NCBI GenBank assembly: GCA_963719515.1
Contig: CAVRCJ010000014.1
Location: 1-64,000, forward strand
DNA from: an uncultured cyanobacterium
GTDB lineage: Bacteria; Cyanobacteriota; Cyanobacteriia; CAKZMO01
Direction of reading: 5' to 3'
DNA: 64,000 bases
Shown here: positions 58,364 through 64,000 of the stretch, piece after piece
Position numbering within the stretch: the stretch's first letter is position 1
Layout: the number at the start of each line of letters is the position of its first letter
Translations under genes and position numbers: made by a program
The notes under the pieces: generated by a model
Told to the model about the DNA's origin: nothing
Seen by the model: only the letters and a program-made list of their open reading frames with translations
Database searches by the model: none

Positions 58364-59083
58364 TCAATCAAGAAGATCTGCATCTGAAATAGCTTGGCTC
58401 TTCTCAAGCCCTTCCATTCGAGGAACATTAGAAAACTCTGCCTGAGCTAAAATCTTATTCATCACTCTAGGCAGACTTTTCTCAATTTCGGTTGAAGAGC
58501 CGGAACATTGAATTTCACGAATGTATCCATTTTCATTATCAATAATGAGAGTAACACGGAACTCAGGATCCTTACTCAATCTTTCTCTATTTGCCCGGAT
58601 ATAGTCAAGAATTAAATCTTTAGCAATTGGCGCAATAATAGACGATATAACTATCGTCCCAATTACAGTAAGCGTAATTGGTTCAGAATACAAAGCTGAT
58701 GTTCGATATTCACCATCATTGACGCAGATATTTGCTTTTATTCTTTTTATTTTAGAGCTATTTAAATACTTAAAAAAGCTTTCTGCGCCAGAGGCGAATA
58801 CCTTTTCATGAAAAGAGCCTTCATTACCGTATTGATCACTTCCTAAAGGAACAAATAAGATATTTGCATCTACTATCTCTTGCCTAACATGAATAGACAA
58901 CTCTTCATTGTGCTTCCAGTAGCCCAATCCATGAGCTACATCTTCTTTCACTTTAATAGAAATGTTATCGCTATTGATACCTGCAAAGTTTTTACGCCCA
59001 GCACCAACCCGCCTGACTTGTAAACTTCGTAGGTCATATTCTGGACGTAAATCATCTTCCATCTCGGAGTTAACCTTCTTCAT
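58364..59083 (-). CDS. BrnA-like antitoxin N-terminus fused to an unrelated AT-rich protein with a hydrophobic helix
   Basis: MKKVNSEMEDDLRPEYDLRSLQVRRVGAGRKNFAG resembles BrnT-partner antitoxins and overlaps the brnT stop. The remaining ~200 aa are unrelated. Confidence 0.65.
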   Translation of the reverse strand: MKKVNSEMEDDLRPEYDLRSLQVRRVGAGRKNFAGINSDNISIKVKEDVAHGLGYWKHNEELSIHVRQEIVDANILFVPLGSDQYGNEGSFHEKVFASGAESFFKYLNSSKIKRIKANICVNDGEYRTSALYSEPITLTVIGTIVISSIIAPIAKDLILDYIRANRERLSKDPEFRVTLIIDNENGYIREIQCSGSSTEIEKSLPRVMNKILAQAEFSNVPRMEGLEKSQAISDADLLD

Positions 59084-59342
59084 ATAATTTCCGCTCCTGA
59101 CGAGTTACCTCTCTTGCACTAATCAGACGAATTGAACTTACTCTCTCTGTGTATGAAGAAATTAATATACGCCCTTGATTCGATTGACCAACAATTAGAT
59201 AACGGTCTTCATCTATAGAATGGTCTGGATCATAGAAGTCGATGTAAAAAGGATCACCGAAAACAGTCTTAGCCTCGTTGAAAGAAACTTGATGTTTCAG
59301 TATGTTCTTTTTGGCTTTATCCTCATCCCACTCAAACTGCAT
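59070..59342 (-). CDS. brnT: BrnT family ribonuclease toxin
   Basis: MQFEWDEDKAKKNILKHQVSFNEA..VF.DP...DPDHS..EDRY..VG...IRLISAR. Confidence 0.92.
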   Translation of the reverse strand: MQFEWDEDKAKKNILKHQVSFNEAKTVFGDPFYIDFYDPDHSIDEDRYLIVGQSNQGRILISSYTERVSSIRLISAREVTRQERKLYEEG

Positions 59343-59457
59343 ACAGCTATTTTAACATTGGCTACCTGAGTGGATCATAGCTGAGAGATGTATCTTTTAC
59401 TACTCATTGTCGTACGGCAACCTTAGCCTTCACCAGCAGTGTGAGCAACCTAATCAG

Positions 59458-59690
59458 ATATCCAACGTCATCTGACGGACAACACCCCACTTTCCGGATC
59501 TTATCAGTCATATCTGACTAATAACACTTTATTTCTCGGACTTATCCACCACGTCTGACGTCTAACTCTGGAAATCCAGGGGGTTATCCGTCACTTTTGC
59601 TTGATAATCCTGGCCTCTAGAAGACTATCTGTCACTTCTGACGGATAGCACAGCTATGTGGGGTGTTATCCGTCAATTGCTGGGGGACGT
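59458..59690. repeat. Array of six degenerate ~24-bp palindromes, period 41-43 bp
   Basis: Units start at 59458, 59501, 59542, 59584, 59625, 59666. Consensus TTATCCGTCA-N4-TGACGGATAA with unique ~17-bp spacers. Confidence 0.85.
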
Positions 59691-59748
59691 TGAGCATAAA
59701 GAGCGGTGCAGCATAGTTGCCGGGCGCTGCAATTCATCTAGTACTGTT

Positions 59749-59994
59749 TTACCGACTTCCCCGAGGCCGCTGCAACACAGCAATCACCTCATCCGGCTTC
59801 CCCGTCGGCACCAGCCGTGACCAGCTCCCCACCTCCGCAATCCGGGCGCTGTACAGCTGAGCAATCATATTCTTCACCCAAGCTGTCGCTCCAATTAGCA
59901 TAATCTGATCCATCGGAGGCTCTAGCGCACTCGTAGGATTGAGAGTGTTAACAGCAGGTTCTTTCGCGGCATCAGACGGCAGATGTCTCGACAT
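59749..59994 (-). CDS. Small uncharacterised protein, divergent partner of XRE copy 2
   Basis: Homologous to 6118-6405 (I..IG....V......L...R.AEV..W). Confidence 0.75.
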   Translation of the reverse strand: MSRHLPSDAAKEPAVNTLNPTSALEPPMDQIMLIGATAWVKNMIAQLYSARIAEVGSWSRLVPTGKPDEVIAVLQRPRGSR

Positions 59995-60023
59995 AGGAAG
60001 TATCCAAGATAGAAAGAAAAGTG

Positions 60024-60078
60024 ATGTTGACAGTTGGCAACACTCTCATTGTAGCTTGATGTCGCCAATCGTCAACAT
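60024..60078. promoter_or_regulatory. 19-bp imperfect inverted repeat between divergent genes (candidate operators / divergent -35 boxes)
   Basis: ATGTTGACAGTTGGCAACA (60024-60042) versus reverse complement of 60060-60078 ATGTTGACGATTGGCGACA. Confidence 0.65.
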
Positions 60079-60113
60079 TTACTTAATTTTGGCCCTCTGA
60101 CACGATTAGAGGC

Positions 60114-60362
60114 ATGGGAAGAGCCGGAAAAGCGCTACGACAGGTGTTAGAGACTTACAGCATCAGCCAAAACCAGCTGGCTGTCACTATGGACGTTGGG
60201 CGATCGAGCATCAACCGCTGGGTTAACGAAAGCCGCGACCCTGCCGCCGAAGCCGTCGCCGATATCGTTCACGCGCTAGAGAAAATCGATCGCTCAGCCG
60301 CCGAAGATTTTCTTACTCTCTACCTCGACCGTAATACAGACGGAGAATCTCTAGATGGCTAG
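60114..60362 (+). CDS. XRE-family HTH regulator (copy 2)
   Basis: MGRAGKALRQVLETYSISQNQLAVTMDVGRSSINRWVNESRDP. Confidence 0.9.
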   Translation: MGRAGKALRQVLETYSISQNQLAVTMDVGRSSINRWVNESRDPAAEAVADIVHALEKIDRSAAEDFLTLYLDRNTDGESLDG

Positions 60363-60491
60363 GATTTTCGTTAGAACTACAGCGATCGCCATAATTCTGA
60401 TGCATAAACACACCTGCGCAAAACGCTTGCGGGGTATTTGGGCATCGGCTGATTTATAGTCGCAAACGGATCGCGCCACAAAAGCGAATTC

Positions 60492-60740
60492 TCAAGCAAG
60501 AGCTGTTTCAATATCATCACTCGAAGCCACAGGCTGCGCCCTGAGCAGCTTATGGTGCCCAGGGCGCAGCCCCAATGATTCGTAAGTTCGCCCGCTCCTA
60601 TCGCTAAACTCGATCTCAAACGCCGAGCCCCCTGCCAAAGCTTCAACGACTGTACCCACCTGCCCCCGCCGCAGATTGTACTGTGGGAGTTCAGTCACTA
60701 GGGCAACAACATCAAGCAGTTTAATCGCGTCTTGTGACAT
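60492..60740 (-). CDS. DUF4926 domain protein
   Basis: IKLLDVVALV.ELP..NLRRGQVGTVVE.LA.G.AFEIEFSD..GRTY. Confidence 0.85.
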   Translation of the reverse strand: MSQDAIKLLDVVALVTELPQYNLRRGQVGTVVEALAGGSAFEIEFSDRSGRTYESLGLRPGHHKLLRAQPVASSDDIETALA

Positions 60741-60758
60741 TCTTCCTCTCCTCAAAAG

Positions 60759-61103
60759 TTATAGGGGATAGCAAGTTGTTAGTCTCGGAACAGTAGACCC
60801 ATGCTCAATGATCCAACCGCTGCGGACGGGCACACTTCTATTCTGCCATTGGAGTACAAAGTCTACAGTGCATCGCTGGCCAAAAGAATCACAGCGCCCA
60901 GCTTGAGCCTCATGCGTCCTGATCATTTGGAAGAGAATTCGGCGCAGCTCCTCAGCATCGGCAGCCGTCAGGCCCAACATTGAGGCAAACAACCTCGCTT
61001 TGTGCTTGTCCTCACGATGCTCCAGATTTAGACGATAGTCGCGGAGCTTGCGAATATCGATCGCTGCATTCTCAACGTAAGGCAGTAGCGTTGTCGAGTC
61101 CAC
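60759..61103 (-). CDS. DUF6883-like protein (putative toxin partner of DUF4926)
   Basis: LP..ENAAIDIRKLRDY.LN.EH...KHKARLF...LG...SGWIIE....PRLTTCY. Confidence 0.75.
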   Translation of the reverse strand: MDSTTLLPYVENAAIDIRKLRDYRLNLEHREDKHKARLFASMLGLTAADAEELRRILFQMIRTHEAQAGRCDSFGQRCTVDFVLQWQNRSVPVRSGWIIEHGSTVPRLTTCYPL

Positions 61104-61157
61104 GGGCTAAAGCACATTCGGCATATCCGCCAAAGAATGCCCAGTTTCGCGATCGCC

Positions 61158-61202
61158 CTACCGACTTCCCCAAGGCCGCTGCAGCACAGCAATTACCTCA
61201 CC
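61158..61202 (-). pseudogene. 3' remnant of the XRE-partner small gene
   Basis: Encodes GEVIAVLQRPWGSR*, nearly identical in DNA to the end of 59749-59994 (DEVIAVLQRPRGSR*). Confidence 0.8.
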
Positions 61203-61215
61203 TATATTGAACGGC

Positions 61216-61464
61216 ATGGGAAAAGCCGGAAAAGCCTTAAAGAAGGTTCTCGAAACCTATAGCATCAGCCAAAACCGCCTAGCCGTTACCATGGGCATTA
61301 GCCGCATCACCGTCAACCAGTGGTTCAACGAAACCCGAGATCCCCTCGCTGAATCTATTCCCGACATCGTCCCTGCCCTCGAAGCCTTAGACGCCGAAGC
61401 GGCCAAAGACTTCATCGCTTTCTACCTGAACCGCAACGCAGACGGAGACCCCTTAGATAGCTAG
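61216..61464 (+). CDS. XRE-family HTH regulator (copy 3)
   Basis: MGKAGKALKKVLETYSISQNRLAVTMGISRITVNQWFNETRDP. Confidence 0.9.
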   Translation: MGKAGKALKKVLETYSISQNRLAVTMGISRITVNQWFNETRDPLAESIPDIVPALEALDAEAAKDFIAFYLNRNADGDPLDS

Positions 61465-61551
61465 ATTTCCATCAGCGATCGCGGCAATGCTGAGACGCAA
61501 ATACACCTGTAGGGAACTCTTACAGAGTGCTAGAGCGCCAGCTGACAAAAC

Positions 61552-61890
61552 ATGGTTCAACCCTGCGGGTTTACGTTTCCTTCAGCAAAAGCCGAATACC
61601 TCCTAACCTACGCCTCTGAGCCAGGTCGGGGTGGAGATAAACAGAACTTCTGGCGACGAGTCCTCGGGTTTACCTCCGCTTCCAATATTCGAAAGGCCAT
61701 CCTAGCACTAGTCTCTGCCGATATATTGGTATTGATGAGGAGAGGTGCTTATGGCGATCGCTACGAGGCTTCAATCCAAATCACAGGCCCAAGCGGAAAC
61801 ACTCGCCAGGTGCGTACAGTTTGGATAGTCTTAAACGGAGAGAACACGGCTCGATTTGTAACAGCATTTCCGGCTCGCAGGCAGAAGTAA
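61552..61890 (+). CDS. DUF6883-like protein
   Basis: KAEYLL...GGDKQNFWRRVLGF...YGDRY....ITGPSG....VRTVWIV......ARFVTAFP. Confidence 0.7.
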   Translation: MVQPCGFTFPSAKAEYLLTYASEPGRGGDKQNFWRRVLGFTSASNIRKAILALVSADILVLMRRGAYGDRYEASIQITGPSGNTRQVRTVWIVLNGENTARFVTAFPARRQK

Positions 61891-61892
61891 CC

Positions 61893-62351
61893 ATGACCTT
61901 CAAGCTATTTGATACAGTCCAGCTCCTAGAAGACATTTCCTTAGACAACGACGCCACCGCCCCCGCCGGTACTCTAGGTTCCGTGGTAGACGTCCTCAAC
62001 CAGGGCGAAGCGTACCTAGTAGAATGCCTCGGTGGCTGGGTAAAATCCAATGCCGACGGAGATCTTGCTTCATCCGAACAGGAAGATCCCGAAGCCTTCA
62101 GGGAGACACTTGGCGTTGAAACACTCTATCCCAATCAGATCCAGCTTATGACGCCTGCTGAGGAGAGCGTAGGTGTCCGAGCACAATTGTTGCTGCTGAT
62201 TGAAGACATGCCCGATGTGCTCCTAAAAGAGGTCAAAGACTTTGCTGAGTTTATTCAGCAAAAGTCGACGCCGCTCAGGCCACATCAACAACCGCTCACT
62301 GATGACTCAACGTCGCTTACAGAATCAAAAAAGCGATCGCCCTCCCTCTAA
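61893..62351 (+). CDS. DUF4926-like protein with C-terminal helical extension
   Basis: FKLFDTVQLLEDI...PAGTLGSVVDVLNQGEAYLVE; tail LLKEVKDFAEFIQQK. Confidence 0.7.
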   Translation: MTFKLFDTVQLLEDISLDNDATAPAGTLGSVVDVLNQGEAYLVECLGGWVKSNADGDLASSEQEDPEAFRETLGVETLYPNQIQLMTPAEESVGVRAQLLLLIEDMPDVLLKEVKDFAEFIQQKSTPLRPHQQPLTDDSTSLTESKKRSPSL

Positions 62352-62518
62352 AAGACAACCTGCCGCACATTGGCCCAACAGTGCGTAATGCTCAACTATG
62401 ACTGCCGCTCATACACCTGATGACTGCAGGTTTTTGATCAGTTCTAACTGCAGCGATATTGTGAGGTTACTGGCAAAGACAGCCAGACATTCAAAGACTC
62501 TCACCGGTAGGTATCCCC

Positions 62519-62788
62519 ATGCAGACCATCCAACAACGCCTTCAGCACAACACATTTGAACTCATCGTCCCCCGGCCGTCACTAGGCGATCGCGTCTGTT
62601 CTGCACTCCATACCCTGAAGGAATTTACCCTTAATCTGGCGACCTCAACGCGAGAGCCCCAGATTAAGGTATCCCAGAATCGCGTCGGTCAATCTCAGTG
62701 GACTGTTTATGACCCCACTAACGGTTACAGAAACACCTTCGCATCTGAAGATGCGGTGCAGGCTTGGATCGAGAATCGGTATCGTTAA
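62519..62788 (+). CDS. Small hypothetical protein
   Basis: EPQIKV....G..QWTVYDP.NG....FASEDAVQAWIENRY motif typical of small cyanobacterial proteins. Confidence 0.7.
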   Translation: MQTIQQRLQHNTFELIVPRPSLGDRVCSALHTLKEFTLNLATSTREPQIKVSQNRVGQSQWTVYDPTNGYRNTFASEDAVQAWIENRYR

Positions 62789-62896
62789 GCATGCCGCGTT
62801 TTTGCACAGAGCAGGTAAGGCGATCGCCAGCAGCCTACACTACCGGCGATCGCCCTAACTATCACATTGGCGGGAATGACGTTACGCCAACCGGGA

Positions 62897-64000
62897 TTAA
62901 CAGATCGACATCACCTTCTCGCGCTCGGTCGGCACGTCGTAGCGGTCAAGCATCATCACCTTGTGCCAAGCCGCGACAAAATCCTTGACCATCCGCTCTT
63001 GGCCATCATTTGCGCCGTAGACTTCAGCGACCTGACGCAGCTCCGCGTTTGAGCCGAAGATGAGGTCACAGCGAGTGGCCGTGAACTTCGTTTCGCCCGT
63101 CTTGCGATCATCGATATTGAACATCATCTCGTGCTCGTCAGCCGGCTTCCACTCGTAGTCCATGCTCGTCAGGACGCGGAAGAAGTCGTTAGTCAAGACA
63201 CCCGGGCGATCGGTAAAGATGCCGTGCTTCGAATGGTCCCAATTCTGGTCGAGGGCGCGCATGCCGCCGACGAGGGCCGTCCATTCAGGCGCAGTCAGCG
63301 TCAGCAGCTGGGCGCGATCGAGGAAGATGCGTTCTGGCTGCACTCGGTAGCCGACGGCGTCATTGTGGTAGTTGCGGAAACCATCTGAGACCGGCTTCAG
63401 CCACTCGAAGCTCTCAACATCGGTCAGCTCCTGCGTCGTATCCATCCGCCCTGGGGTGAACGGAACAGTGACCTCAACCCCAGCGTCTCGCGCCGCCTTC
63501 TCCACAGCAGCGCCGCCGCCCAAGACAATTAGGTCCGCCATCGAAACCTTCTTGTTGCCCGACTGAGCGCCGTTGAAGTTCGCCTGAACACCCTTCAGCG
63601 TGGATAGAACCTGACTCAGCTCCTGCGGGCGGTTCACTTCCCAGTCCTTCTGCGGATCGAGGCCAACCCGCGCCCCGTTTGCGCCGCCGCGCTTGTCAGA
63701 GTCGCGGTAGTTTGACGCCGAGGCCCAAGCGGCAGATACGAGGGCGGAAACGGAAAGGCCGCTCGACAGAATCTCGTTCTTGAGCGATGCGATATCGCCG
63801 TCGTTGATCACCTCGTGGTCCAGCGCCGGAATCGGATCCTGCCAGGGCAGATCTTCCGCCGCCACTTCTGGGCCAAGATAGCGACTCTTCGGGCCAAGAT
63901 CTCGGTGAGTCAGCTTATACCAGGCTTTCGAAAACGTGTCGCTGAAGTAGCTAAAGTCGTTGAGGAAGCGCTGGCAGACCTCGCGGTAGGCCGGGTCTTC
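62897..64000 (-). CDS. katG: Catalase-peroxidase, C-terminal part (5' end outside window)
   Basis: Open to window end: [62 protein letters not shown]. Confidence 0.96.
   Translation of the reverse strand, partial: EDPAYREVCQRFLNDFSYFSDTFSKAWYKLTHRDLGPKSRYLGPEVAAEDLPWQDPIPALDHEVINDGDIASLKNEILSSGLSVSALVSAAWASASNYRDSDKRGGANGARVGLDPQKDWEVNRPQELSQVLSTLKGVQANFNGAQSGNKKVSMADLIVLGGGAAVEKAARDAGVEVTVPFTPGRMDTTQELTDVESFEWLKPVSDGFRNYHNDAVGYRVQPERIFLDRAQLLTLTAPEWTALVGGMRALDQNWDHSKHGIFTDRPGVLTNDFFRVLTSMDYEWKPADEHEMMFNIDDRKTGETKFTATRCDLIFGSNAELRQVAEVYGANDGQERMVKDFVAAWHKVMMLDRYDVPTEREKVMSIC

Noticed and set aside
59458..59690. CRISPR array interpretation of the palindrome array
   Set aside because: Repeats are too degenerate, spacers are only about 17 bp, and no cas genes are in the window. 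Kept as a non-CRISPR array.
56200..62400. Prophage or integrative element
   Set aside because: No integrase, structural genes, tRNA target or flanking att repeats seen; better described as a cargo hotspot.

Overview
Chromosomal segment of a fairly GC-rich cyanobacterium. The evidence is dense HIP1 GCGATCGC octamers plus glnB, gun4, sipA, ccb4, a hetF-like gene and a cyanobacterial-type 6S RNA; hetF suggests a filamentous lineage. Most of 6.7-56 kb is housekeeping genes. Two accessory zones flank that core. The first (about 1.4-6.6 kb) has a TIR-GUN4 gene, a DUF559 nuclease nested in REP-like palindromes, and an XRE regulator plus divergent small gene split by a complete IS4 (18-bp TIRs, 10-bp TSD). 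The second (about 56.2-62.4 kb) has Uma2 relics, an attC-like site, AT-rich cargo genes, BrnT with a BrnA-like peptide fused to a cargo protein, a phased six-unit palindromic array, two more XRE copies and two DUF6883/DUF4926 pairs. The most unusual signals are four: (1) a recurrent XRE plus small-protein divergent module with a conserved, apparently leaderless promoter; (2) the 41-43 bp period palindrome array downstream of one copy; (3) a lone primase-like (AEP) gene with a hairpin-sequestered SD, a probable ATC start and iteron-like repeats; (4) a 16-bp in-frame micro-inversion in a DUF4926 gene. All family assignments come from motif recognition by eye, not database searches.
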